Shown: positions 1 through 9,157, counted from the stretch's first letter. The stretch is DNA of 64,000 bases from Candidatus Woesearchaeota archaeon (GCA_018661705.1 JABJHR010000009.1:29746-93745); one strand, 5' to 3'. Notes: a model not told the origin generated them from the sequence alone. Made by a program: numbers and translations.

Positions 1-2
1 TT

Positions 3-512
3 GGTCTTGAAGAAATAGCTAGAGTAAGATTATGTATAGGAATTTATGACATAACTAAAAAGAAAATTTGGGATGAAGATGATTTAGAAAGAAAAGAAGA
101 CAACATTGGCACAATGAATTTAAAGAAAAGAAAAGAAAGATTAATTAATGAAGCACTTGCTATGACAAAATGTGGAATTTATACTGAGATTGCTACTCAT
201 GATGTTGATGTAATAAAAGAAATCCAAGAATTATTTAAAGAACACAAGATTTCAAAGGATCTTTATGAGTTCCAAGCATTGTATAATGTAAAACCAGAAG
301 GTTTAGACGAGATTCACAAAGAGTTAATGGCAGATGGTGTTAAAGTAAGAATATATTTACCATACGCTCCTACATTAGATGATACAATTGATTATGGAAT
401 AAGAAGAGCATCTAAAAACCCACAATTGCTGTGGACATTTATGAAAGAAGGTGCAAAGTTTTATTGGAATAAACTTTTTTCAAAGAATAAAGAGAGAAAA
501 AACACAAAATGA
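3..512 (+). CDS. proline dehydrogenase, C-terminal part (5' end outside window)
   Basis: Frame 3 is open from nt 3 (GLEEIARVRLCIGIY...) into track ORF 114..512. VRLCxGxY, ATHD, YEFQxLY, VRIYLPY and YGIRR..NP resemble the ProDH/PutA barrel C-terminus. The stop overlaps the ribD start (ATGA). Confidence 0.6.
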   Translation, partial: GLEEIARVRLCIGIYDITKKKIWDEDDLERKEDNIGTMNLKKRKERLINEALAMTKCGIYTEIATHDVDVIKEIQELFKEHKISKDLYEFQALYNVKPEGLDEIHKELMADGVKVRIYLPYAPTLDDTIDYGIRRASKNPQLLWTFMKEGAKFYWNKLFSKNKERKNTK

Positions 513-1666
513 CCAAACAACACAAAAAATACATGAAGATTGCCCTGGATTTAGCTGCTAAAGGAAATCCTTCCCCTAACCCTTATGTTGGTTGTGTAGT
601 TGTTAAAGACAAGAAAATTCTATGTAAAGGTTATCATACTAAATGCGGAAAGGCCCATGCAGAAGTTGAAGCAATTAATCATTTTATTTCTGGGGCTAAA
701 ATAGAAAAACTTCAAAATCAGAAAAAGAAAACATCAATTAAAAAAATAAAAATAAACAAAGCATTAAGAAAAGACCAATTAAGGGGTTCTACAATTTATA
801 TTACATTAGAACCTTGTACGCATTATGGAAGAACTCCTCCTTGCGTTGATAAGATTATTGATGTTAAACCTAAAGAAGTTGTTATTGCAATGCTTGATCC
901 CAATAAAAGAATATGTGGAAGGGGTGTGAAAAAATTAAGAGAGGCAGGAATAAATGTAATTATTGGAATTCTCGAAGAAGAAGCAAAAAAGTTAAACAAA
1001 ACATATGTTCAATATGTTACAACTGGAAAACCATTTGTGTTTATGAAATCTGCAATGACCATGAATTGGAAAATCACATGGGGTGATGGTAGAAATAAAC
1101 AGATCACCGGAGATAAAAGTAATGAATTTGTGCATGAGTTAAGAAACAAAGTAGATGCTATTCTTGTAGGAATAAATACAATCATGCGAGATAATCCACA
1201 ATTAACAACAAGATTAGAAGGAAAAGAAACAAAAAATCCTATTCGTGTTATTCTTGATTCAAAATTAAAGATTCCATTAAGTTCAAATGTATTAAGAGAT
1301 AATAATGTAATAATCATAACTGGAAAACAAAATAGAATTTCTTCTAAGAAAAAGAATTATCTTAGAAGTAAAGGAATTAAAGTTTTTGTTTTCAAAGAAG
1401 AACGCATTAGTATTAAAAAAGCAATTTGGGTATTAGGAAAACTAGGAATTAGTTCAGTATTAATTGAAGGTGGAGCAAGAATCAATACATCTGCACTTAA
1501 AGCAGAAATAGTTGATGAAATATTCTTCTTAGTTGCACCATTTATAGTTAATGATAAGAATAGTTTAGGTGTCTTTTCTAATAATGCAGGTAATTTACAC
1601 TTCAAAAAGATTTCTATTAACAAATTAGGCAAGGATTTCATTGTAAATGCAGTTCCTAGATATTGA
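509..1666 (+). CDS. ribD: bifunctional riboflavin biosynthesis protein RibD (pyrimidine deaminase / uracil reductase)
   Basis: Deaminase zinc motifs HAEVEAI and TLEPCTHYGRTPPC. C-terminal reductase domain (VDAILVG, LIEGGARIN). Confidence 0.9.
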   Translation: MTKQHKKYMKIALDLAAKGNPSPNPYVGCVVVKDKKILCKGYHTKCGKAHAEVEAINHFISGAKIEKLQNQKKKTSIKKIKINKALRKDQLRGSTIYITLEPCTHYGRTPPCVDKIIDVKPKEVVIAMLDPNKRICGRGVKKLREAGINVIIGILEEEAKKLNKTYVQYVTTGKPFVFMKSAMTMNWKITWGDGRNKQITGDKSNEFVHELRNKVDAILVGINTIMRDNPQLTTRLEGKETKNPIRVILDSKLKIPLSSNVLRDNNVIIITGKQNRISSKKKNYLRSKGIKVFVFKEERISIKKAIWVLGKLGISSVLIEGGARINTSALKAEIVDEIFFLVAPFIVNDKNSLGVFSNNAGNLHFKKISINKLGKDFIVNAVPRY

Positions 1667-1692
1667 ATATTCTTTTGATTAGTTATAAAAAT

Positions 1693-1819
1693 AAGTTTTG
1701 AGTAATGAGTTCTGAGTCATGAGTGGGTTATCAGTTAGTAGTTATGAGTATTGTTATATTTTCTCATTACTAATTTACTCAAAACCAACTCATTACCCAT
1801 AACTCAAATCCCATAACCC
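1693..1819. repeat. R-family AGT/ACT hairpin repeat, copy R1
   Basis: AGT-rich arm (gagtaatgagttctgagtcatgagtgggttatcagttagtagttatgagta), short loop, ACT-rich complementary arm. 47/51 nt identical to copy R4. Begins 27 nt after the ribD stop. Confidence 0.8.
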
Positions 1820-1845
1820 TTTGAATCACACCTAAACAACAGTAA

Positions 1846-1855
1846 CATTTAAAAG
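1846..1855 (+). promoter_or_regulatory. TATA-like box for the 1879 gene
   Basis: catttaaaag lies 24-33 nt upstream of ATG 1879. The same spacing recurs at other first genes in the window. Confidence 0.35.
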
Positions 1856-1878
1856 CTCAAAACCACTTCTTTCTATAT

Positions 1879-2709
1879 ATGGGGATTGAAGATAAAGTAG
1901 TGACTAGACATGGTAGAGTAAGGTCCTTTTTTAGAAATACAGGGTTAGCTTTAGCTTTAGCTGGAACTGTATTAAGTTCTAGTGGTTGTGGAATGTTTCC
2001 CCAAAAAGAAAAGTTATATGTTAAACAAGGTATTGATCGAATTCCAAGATGGCTGTCAAGAGAAGACGGAGAAGCAGAGTTAATGAGATTAGCATCTGAA
2101 GAATTAAATGAAGAAGGATGGATATTTCTTGAAATATTAACTCAAAGTAAAGGAAAAGTTGGGATGTGGCTTGATAATTCTAACTTTGCTGGATCTAATT
2201 CAGCTAAATTAAATTTATCTTATTCCTACAGCTTCTTAGATGGTATGAAAGAAGAAGGAGAAAAACTAAACTGGAAAGATATGGTTGTTTCTACTTATCA
2301 TATTCACACATACAAAGCAATGTCTCCTTCATTAAAAACATTACCAATGACAAAATTTAGAAGAAAAGCAGGAGATGCAAAATATCTTGAAGCAATTAGT
2401 ATCCCAAGTCCTGCTGACTGGATGTATTATATTAATTTTGATGAAGAAGCAAAATCAATAGGTGTTGAAGTTGGATATCACAAAGTTGCAACACCATGGG
2501 GTGTGTTTAAGTGTGCTCCAATGGATAAAGTCAAAAAAATATATAAAAGGTTAGGTGGAGGCATTAGAGGAGAATTATATGTAAGAAGAACATGGGGTAA
2601 AGCAAGGGGTATGATAGATCAATGTGGTTTAGAGTGTGGACTAAGAGAATTCCATAAACAAGGATTTCATATTTATTATAAACCAAATAGTAGAAGTAAA
2701 TATAGATAA
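1879..2709 (+). CDS. hypothetical secreted lipoprotein
   Basis: 276-aa ORF. N-terminal hydrophobic signal ends in a lipobox-like LSSSGC. No catalytic motif recognised. Confidence 0.5.
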   Translation: MGIEDKVVTRHGRVRSFFRNTGLALALAGTVLSSSGCGMFPQKEKLYVKQGIDRIPRWLSREDGEAELMRLASEELNEEGWIFLEILTQSKGKVGMWLDNSNFAGSNSAKLNLSYSYSFLDGMKEEGEKLNWKDMVVSTYHIHTYKAMSPSLKTLPMTKFRRKAGDAKYLEAISIPSPADWMYYINFDEEAKSIGVEVGYHKVATPWGVFKCAPMDKVKKIYKRLGGGIRGELYVRRTWGKARGMIDQCGLECGLREFHKQGFHIYYKPNSRSKYR

Positions 2710-2767
2710 AATAAATACAAATAGAATTCTAAACAAGCTTTTAAGAAATTAAATAAAACAAAACAAC

Positions 2768-3016
2768 TTATGCTCTATACACTTTATTATTCTCATGAAC
2801 TTGTTTATCTGATTTTAGTCCTATTTCTTGGCCAGCTTTTGCTTCATTTACATTTTTATGTTCAACTTGCATAGAAGTTACTTCTTGAATAAAAGGTTCT
2901 TGAACTGCAAATTCAATTTTATCACCAATCTTAATATCTTTTTCTAACTTAATAATACAAACACCAAGTTTATCAAAGTAATGAGTAACAACACCAATTA
3001 ATTCTTTTTCATCCAT
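2768..3016 (-). CDS. small beta-barrel protein resembling translation elongation factor domain 2
   Basis: IGVVTHYFDKLGVCIIKL..GDKIEF..SMQVEHKNVNEAKAGQEIGL pattern. Start moved from the track GTG (3025) to ATG 3016, which follows an SD-like AAGGTGAT. Confidence 0.5.
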   Translation of the reverse strand: MDEKELIGVVTHYFDKLGVCIIKLEKDIKIGDKIEFAVQEPFIQEVTSMQVEHKNVNEAKAGQEIGLKSDKQVHENNKVYRA

Positions 3017-3133
3017 AAACATCACCTTAAATACATTTATGGAAGTCTTAGTATTTATTATTTGTTATTATTTGTGAGAAAATGGGGATTGTTAAACAAA
3101 AAACAATGAAAAATTAAAATTAAGAAAATTCCA

Positions 3134-3219
3134 GTGAGAAAAAGAGCATCCGCAATTGTTTATGAGTATTACACTGCATGTCACTCTACAACACTAGGTC
3201 CGAAGGACATGTTTCTCAC
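3134..3219. ncRNA. X-family conserved element, copy X1 (candidate small structured RNA)
   Basis: Block 3146-3212 is about 84 percent identical to 9076-9141. It is closed by GTGAGAAA/TTTCTCAC (3134-3141/3212-3219). GC-richer than its surroundings. Strand not determined. Confidence 0.45.
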
Positions 3220-3238
3220 AAATTATTTAAATTTTAAG

Positions 3239-3261
3239 AGAAAAGAAAAGAAAAGAAAAAA
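3239..3261 (-). terminator. oligo-T tract downstream of the aminotransferase gene
   Basis: The minus strand reads TTTTTTCTTTTCTTTTCTTTTCT directly after the stop at 3262. Archaeal terminators are typically T-rich. Confidence 0.4.
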
Positions 3262-4467
3262 TTAACTATTATCTTCTACCCACTTCTTCAACCTAGCAAT
3301 TCCTTCTTTAATATGATCAGTAGAGGTTGCATAACTAAATCTAATGTGTTGGCCTTCTCCTTCATTTCTAGTTCCGAAATGATTATCACTTAAAACAGCA
3401 ACATGTGTTTCATTCAAGATTCTTTCTCTTAATTCTTCTGAATCTTTACATCCTAATTTTTCACATGCTTCTGTTACATTTGGCCAAGCATAAAATGCAC
3501 CGCCTGGTTTAAGACAACGAAATCCAGGAATTGAATTAAGACCATCAACAATAATATTTCGTCTTTCATCAAAAACTTTTTTCATTTTTCTAACTTCTGC
3601 CCATGATGACTCATGATTAAGAGCTTCAACAGCCGCATGTTGACATAAATGAGTTGCACAACTATCTGTGTTTGTAACCCATCTAGCTAAGTGAGGAGCT
3701 AATTTTTCATTTGCTGCATACCCAATTCTCCAGCCCGGCATTGCAAATGTTTTTGAACTAGAATCAACAATCACTGTTCGTTCTTGCATTCCAGGAACTG
3801 ATACAATACTATTAAATTCACCATCAAAAACTAATTCAGAATAAACTTCATCACTATAAACCCAACAATTAGGATATGGTTTAACAATTTCTGCAATTTC
3901 ATATAATTCATCTTTGCTTAAAACACCACCAGTTGGATTTTGCGGAGAATTTAGAATTAATAATCTTGTATTTGCATTCATCTTCTTTTTCAGATCATCC
4001 ATATCAAAATTATATTTTTTCTCTTCCAACAAAGGCAGAGGAACTGGTTTTGCACCTTGTGCAATTGTTTGCGAACTATAAATTGGATAACCAGGATTAG
4101 GAAAAATAACTTCATGACCTTGCCCTGGTTGAGTAACTGATCCAATAGTATACATTATGAATGGTTTCCCACCAGAACCAACAACAACACTTTCTGGAGT
4201 AACATGAACTTTCCTTGTTTTAGTAAAATAATCAGCAGCTGCTTTTTTTAATTCTGGGATTCCATCTGAAGCTGTATAAGTAGATTTCCCATCATTAATT
4301 GCTTTAATTGCTACTTGATTAATATTTTCTGGAGTTCTAAAATCTGGTTGCCCAATACAGAAACTAATAATTGGTTTACCTTCTGCAATTAATTTATTAA
4401 CTTTTGCAAGTACTACGAATGAATTTTCTGTTCCCATGTTTAATGTTCTTGGAGAGATATCTGTCAT
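3262..4467 (-). CDS. class I/II PLP-dependent aminotransferase (aspartate aminotransferase-like)
   Basis: 401 aa. NPQNPTG and SSSKTFAMPGWRIGY (PLP lysine) motifs. Confidence 0.85.
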   Translation of the reverse strand: MTDISPRTLNMGTENSFVVLAKVNKLIAEGKPIISFCIGQPDFRTPENINQVAIKAINDGKSTYTASDGIPELKKAAADYFTKTRKVHVTPESVVVGSGGKPFIMYTIGSVTQPGQGHEVIFPNPGYPIYSSQTIAQGAKPVPLPLLEEKKYNFDMDDLKKKMNANTRLLILNSPQNPTGGVLSKDELYEIAEIVKPYPNCWVYSDEVYSELVFDGEFNSIVSVPGMQERTVIVDSSSKTFAMPGWRIGYAANEKLAPHLARWVTNTDSCATHLCQHAAVEALNHESSWAEVRKMKKVFDERRNIIVDGLNSIPGFRCLKPGGAFYAWPNVTEACEKLGCKDSEELRERILNETHVAVLSDNHFGTRNEGEGQHIRFSYATSTDHIKEGIARLKKWVEDNS

Positions 4468-4483
4468 TTTTTCACCTTCTATT

Positions 4484-4624
4484 TAGTTTTAAGTAATAAA
4501 TTCTAAGTTTGAAGTGAGTAATAAGTGATTTAGTTATTAGTTATTGATATAATTGCTTTAGCCTATAACTCAAAACTATTTTACCACTAACCCACTTTTT
4601 ACTTACAACTTAAAACTACTTACT
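4484..4624. repeat. R-family hairpin repeat, copy R2
   Basis: Outer stem TAGTTTTAAGT (4484-4494) pairs with ACTTAAAACTA (4608-4618), with AGT-rich and ACT-rich arms between. Its right end overlaps the tkt stop codon. Confidence 0.7.
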
Positions 4625-6643
4625 TTTCTTAATATCATACAATTTCTTTGCAGTCATTGCAATATGTTCGCCACTAACTTCAAACTTCTTAACTAATTCC
4701 CATGATTCTCCTGATTCGCCGAATCTATCATCAACACCAACCATGTCCATAATACAATTATGACCATAATCTTTGATTGATTCAAGAATTACTGCTGCTA
4801 CTTTATTACCCATCCCACCTTTTTGATGTTCTTCTGCTGTTACTATAATTCCTGTTTCTTTTGCAGCGTTTTCAATTGCTTTATTATCTAAAGGTTTAAT
4901 GGTATGTAAGTTAAGGATTCTTGTTTCTATGTTAAATTCTTTTTTCAGAATCCATGCAGCTCTCATTGCTTCTGGCACCATAGGACCACAAGCTGCAATT
5001 GTAAGATCTTCTTTTTCATCTGTATAGTCTGATGCAAGTTTATGTTCAAAGGCTTTTGCGAAATCTGCATTTTCTCCTTTAAATCTAATAACATTTGCTT
5101 TTCCAAATACAAATGGTGTTTCTGCGTTTGTAACAATTGGTGTTGCTTCTCTTGCAAACCTAATATATTTTGGTCCAACAACCTCAAATAAGAATGCTTC
5201 TGTTGCTTTTTTTGTTTCTACACTATCACACGGAACACTTACATGCATATTTGGTAAACCACCAACCATATACAATTCTTCTAAACTTTGATGTGTTGCA
5301 CCGTCTGGTCCAACTGAAACACCACCATGTGCTCCTGCAACTAAAACATTAAGGTTACCATAACAAACAGTTGTTCTTAATTGATCTGCATTTCTTGCAC
5401 TTGCAAATACACCATAAGTTCCAATTACTGGAATCTTACCTTCTTTTGCCAAACCAGCAGCAACACATGTACCATCTTGTTCAGAAATACCAATGCTTAA
5501 AAATCGATTTTTTCTTTCCGGATGATTTTTGTAAAACATGTCTATTAAAATAGATCCTGAAATATCTAGACCAAGGCAAACAATTCTTTCATCGTCTCCT
5601 TTTTCATCTAATGCTTCACCAAAACCTTTTCTTGTTGGTTTCATCTCTGATTTCATTGTTTCCTGAGAATTCCACCAATAGTTTTGTGAAAATTTTGGTT
5701 GTGCTTGTTCTAGTTCATCTAAAACTTTCTTATGATAATCCTCTGCTGTTTTCTTCATTTCTTCAATTGGTAATTTATCAATTACTCCTAATTCAGTTAA
5801 TGCTTTTGTTAGCTCTTCTCCACAAGGAGCTTTGCCGTGCCAACCTGCTTGATTTTCCATGAATGAAACTCCTTTACCTTTTACAGTTTCAAAAATAATT
5901 ACTGTAGGTGCGGTAGTTCTTTCAGAATTTTCATTTGCTTCCTTAAATGCTCTAAGAACATCATCCATATCATGACCATCTGCTTTTATTACATTCCAAC
6001 CAAATGATTTGTAACGTTCAGCTAATGGAAAAACATTTTTGATATCTTCTACTTTCCCGTCTATTTGTAGATGGTTTTCATCAAGAATACCAATTAAATT
6101 ATTCAATTTATGATGTGAAGCAGTCATAACAGCTTCCCAAATCTGTCCTTCTTGTTGTTCACCATCTCCCATGATACAAAAAACTTTGTAATCTTTTTTA
6201 TCTAACCTTGCTCTTAATGCAGAGCCACATGCTAAGCTTAAACCTTGGCCTAAACTTCCAGTGCTAAATTCTACACCATTTAATTTGTGCCAATCAGGAT
6301 GTCCTTGATATGGTGATCCTAATTTTCTTAATCTTGCAACATCTTTCACATCAAAATAACCAGAATAACCTAAACTAACATATAATGCAGGTGCTTTATG
6401 TCCGGCACTCCATACAACCCTATCCCTATCATCCCATTTATAATTTTTAGGATCATGCTTTAGAATTTTCAAATACAATGCAGCACAAACATCCATCATA
6501 GACAATGTACCACCACTATGTCCACTTTTTGCAGCACATAACGAAATTAGATTATAACCCCGCATCATACTAGCTGCTTGTTTTAATTCATCTGTAGAAT
6601 ATTCCTTAACTGTTTCTCCTGTTTCTGAGTTTACTATTGGCAT
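4616..6643 (-). CDS. tkt: transketolase (fused N- and C-terminal halves)
   Basis: 675 aa. ThDP-binding GHSGGTLS and GDGEQQEGQIWEA motifs, plus pyrimidine-binding and C-terminal domains. Confidence 0.9.
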   Translation of the reverse strand: MPIVNSETGETVKEYSTDELKQAASMMRGYNLISLCAAKSGHSGGTLSMMDVCAALYLKILKHDPKNYKWDDRDRVVWSAGHKAPALYVSLGYSGYFDVKDVARLRKLGSPYQGHPDWHKLNGVEFSTGSLGQGLSLACGSALRARLDKKDYKVFCIMGDGEQQEGQIWEAVMTASHHKLNNLIGILDENHLQIDGKVEDIKNVFPLAERYKSFGWNVIKADGHDMDDVLRAFKEANENSERTTAPTVIIFETVKGKGVSFMENQAGWHGKAPCGEELTKALTELGVIDKLPIEEMKKTAEDYHKKVLDELEQAQPKFSQNYWWNSQETMKSEMKPTRKGFGEALDEKGDDERIVCLGLDISGSILIDMFYKNHPERKNRFLSIGISEQDGTCVAAGLAKEGKIPVIGTYGVFASARNADQLRTTVCYGNLNVLVAGAHGGVSVGPDGATHQSLEELYMVGGLPNMHVSVPCDSVETKKATEAFLFEVVGPKYIRFAREATPIVTNAETPFVFGKANVIRFKGENADFAKAFEHKLASDYTDEKEDLTIAACGPMVPEAMRAAWILKKEFNIETRILNLHTIKPLDNKAIENAAKETGIIVTAEEHQKGGMGNKVAAVILESIKDYGHNCIMDMVGVDDRFGESGESWELVKKFEVSGEHIAMTAKKLYDIKKSK

Positions 6644-6870
6644 TTTATCACCCTTTATTATTTTATTAAAGTATTATTTTTAATTATAATTACCCCTAGT
6701 TTTGCCAAGTTTATACTCCTATATATAATTTATCATACAATGTATTACCTTAACCCATAAAATCAAGAAAAAAGAGACCTATACTGCCAACAGGTAGTTA
6801 ATTACTAAGTAATAAAAAAATAAAAGAATAGAGTATAGTATTAGAAATATGATGAACGCATAAATCAAAC

Positions 6871-6993
6871 TAACTCTCCCATTACCAACTCAGAACACAA
6901 AACCCATTACTCAAAACTTCACTACTAACTACCTATTACCACCAACCCACTTCTAACTTAGAACTACAAACTTAAAACTACAATTCAGAACTA
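6871..6993. repeat. R-family repeat, copy R3 (mostly the ACT-rich arm only)
   Basis: About 120 nt of ACT-rich sequence (..cccattactcaaaacttcactactaactacc..cttaaaactac..). Only a short partner, GGTAGTTA at 6793-6800. Ends at the stop of the 6994 gene. Confidence 0.6.
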
Positions 6994-8235
6994 TTATTTA
7001 CTGATCCTTATCTTAGATATTCTTTGTCCAATCTTTTCTTCTATTTTAATTTTAAAACTATTGTGTGTTAGTTTATCTCCCACCATAGGAATTCTTCCTA
7101 GTTTGTGTAGAATAAAACCACTGATAGTATCATAGTATTCAGAGTCAGCAATTCGCATTTTAATTTTTTTGTTAATTTGTGGAATTTCTGCTTTTCCTTT
7201 TACAATCCAAGTATTTTTGACAGATGCTTTTTTAATATTCGGAATAGTTTGATCTGTCTCATCTAAAATTTCTCCAACAATTTCTTCAAGAACATCTTCT
7301 AGTGTTATTAAACCAGAAATTGCACCATGTTCGTCAACCATAACTGCCATATGTCCTTTTCTTTGTTGAAATTGATGCAGTAGTTGACTAACTTTAATTA
7401 CTTCTGGAACAAAGAATGGTTTTTTCATATATTTTTTTATTTGAGTTGCTTTTTCTTTTCCATGCATATGCATGATAACATCTTTGATGTGGATAATCCC
7501 AACTATGTGATCATTATCTTTTCTATACACTGGCATTCTTGAATGACCTTTATCTAACATTAATTTTACAACATCTTTAACTGGTGTTTTTTCTTCAATC
7601 ATCACCATGTCTGTTTTTGGGGTTCCAATTGTTACTGCATCTAACTCATCAAACTTAAATATATTTTTGATTAACTTTTTTTCAATTTGTTTAATAGAAC
7701 CTTGTTTTTCTGCAGTATCTACAATATTAATAATTTCATCTTCAGTAATTTGTTCTTTTTTTGCTTTTATTCCAACAAATTTAGTAAATGTTTTTGTAAA
7801 GCCTTCAATAACAAATAAGATAGGAGTAAGAATAATACTCATATACCAAATTGGTGGTGCAACAAGTTGTGAAAATTTTTCATTATTATTAACAGCAATT
7901 GATTTAGGGGTAATTTCTCCAAAGATTAAAACTAAAAGAGTCATAACTCCAGTTGCAATTGCTACTGCATAACTTTGAAACATACTTAGAGCAAGTGAAG
8001 TTGCAAAAGCAGATGCACCAATATTAACAACATTGTTTCCTATTAATATAGTAGAAAGCATTCTGTGTGGATTATCAGTTAATTTTTTAATAAAACCACT
8101 TGCTACTTTTCCATGTTTAACCATGTGTTTTACTTTAAATCCTGTAAGACTAATTAAAGCAACTTCTGCTCCAGAGAAAAACCCAGACAATACTAATAAT
8201 ACAACTAAAATAAATATATCAGTTCCCATAGCCAT
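6994..8235 (-). CDS. CNNM/CorC-family membrane protein (DUF21 - CBS pair - CorC_HlyC)
   Basis: 413 aa. N-terminal TM region with GEITPK, tandem CBS-like region, C-terminal transporter-associated domain. Confidence 0.8.
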   Translation of the reverse strand: MAMGTDIFILVVLLVLSGFFSGAEVALISLTGFKVKHMVKHGKVASGFIKKLTDNPHRMLSTILIGNNVVNIGASAFATSLALSMFQSYAVAIATGVMTLLVLIFGEITPKSIAVNNNEKFSQLVAPPIWYMSIILTPILFVIEGFTKTFTKFVGIKAKKEQITEDEIINIVDTAEKQGSIKQIEKKLIKNIFKFDELDAVTIGTPKTDMVMIEEKTPVKDVVKLMLDKGHSRMPVYRKDNDHIVGIIHIKDVIMHMHGKEKATQIKKYMKKPFFVPEVIKVSQLLHQFQQRKGHMAVMVDEHGAISGLITLEDVLEEIVGEILDETDQTIPNIKKASVKNTWIVKGKAEIPQINKKIKMRIADSEYYDTISGFILHKLGRIPMVGDKLTHNSFKIKIEEKIGQRISKIRISK

Positions 8236-8295
8236 TATTTATATATTAATAATTCTCTTATTTAAAAATATTGTCCAAAATAAAGATTAATACTA

Positions 8296-8397
8296 GTGAA
8301 AAACAATAACATGGCCAGACGAAGCGAAGCTAAGTAGGATTTTTTCGAGCATCGCGAGAAAAAGTCCGTCTGTGCCATGAATGTTGTTGTTTTTTAC
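8296..8397 (+). repeat. Y-family three-way-junction element, copy A
   Basis: Core GGCCAGACGA-[AGC GAA GCT]-AAGTA-[GGATTTTT..AAAAAGTCC]-GTCTGTGCC inside AT-rich inverted flanks. Lies between divergent genes, upstream of the ham1 TATA. Confidence 0.7.
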
Positions 8398-8464
8398 TTT
8401 TACAACATCAACAAAGACTAAAATTACCTAAAAATATTAAAAGACTCATACTTTTCAAACAAAG

Positions 8465-9037
8465 ATGAACATAAACTTCGTAACTGGAAACAGACATAAA
8501 GTAGATGAAGCAAAGATTGCTCTAAAAGGTAGTAATGTTCATATTCAAATTCTCGAAGCTGATAAAAGAGAACCAGATGAATGGAAATTAGAAGAAGTTG
8601 CAACAAAGAATGCAAAGAGAATTGCAGATGAGACTGGAAAAGTTGTAATGATAGAAGACACAGGTATTTATTTTGAAGCATTTGATGATTTCCCAGGAAG
8701 CAAACCAAAAAGATATTTTGATTCTTTAGGTTATGCAGGATTATTAGCTAAATTCAAGTTTGGTCAAGAAGATGAAGTTAAAAGTAAGAAAGCTCATTTT
8801 AAGACAGTAATTGGTTTATGTGAGCCAGGAGAAGAACCTATTTTATTCACTGGAGAGCTTCAAGGAACAATCACTAATGAAATCAAAGGCATGGATGCTG
8901 ATGTATTACCTTATGAACGAATATTTGTATGTGAAGATGGCAGATATTTATTTGAATACCCTCGTGAAGAAAAAAATCTAATTAGTCATAGAGGAAAAGC
9001 TTTTAGAAAGTTAAAAGAATTCTTGGATAGTAAGTAA
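8465..9037 (+). CDS. non-canonical purine NTP pyrophosphatase (Ham1/RdgB family)
   Basis: 190 aa. FVTGNRHKVDEA N-terminus and ISHRGKAF C-terminal motif typical of ITPases. Confidence 0.85.
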   Translation: MNINFVTGNRHKVDEAKIALKGSNVHIQILEADKREPDEWKLEEVATKNAKRIADETGKVVMIEDTGIYFEAFDDFPGSKPKRYFDSLGYAGLLAKFKFGQEDEVKSKKAHFKTVIGLCEPGEEPILFTGELQGTITNEIKGMDADVLPYERIFVCEDGRYLFEYPREEKNLISHRGKAFRKLKEFLDSK

Positions 9038-9075
9038 GTTAATTAGTTAAAAAAACAAATTCTAAACAAAAAGAA

Positions 9076-9141
9076 GCATCCGCCAGTGTTGAAGAGTATT
9101 ACACTGCGTATCACTCTACAAAACTAGGCCGAAGGCAATGT
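9076..9141. ncRNA. X-family conserved element, copy X2
   Basis: GCATCCGC..GAGTATTACACTGC..TCACTCTACAA.ACTAGG.CCGAAGG shared with X1. On the plus strand it is followed by a hairpin and T7. Confidence 0.45.
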
Positions 9142-9157
9142 CACCCGTGATTTTTTT
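9141..9157 (+). terminator. short hairpin plus T7 tract
   Basis: TCACCCGTGA followed by TTTTTTT (9151-9157), downstream of ham1 and X2. Confidence 0.35.

Noticed and set aside
3198-3210. AGGUCCGAAGGA in the X element could be SRP RNA helix 8. AAAGUCCG in the Y elements could be RNase P CR-I.
   Set aside because: The SRP motif needs a GGAA tetraloop followed by AGCAGC, which is absent. The RNase P-like hexamer occurs in six dispersed copies without any other conserved RNase P regions.
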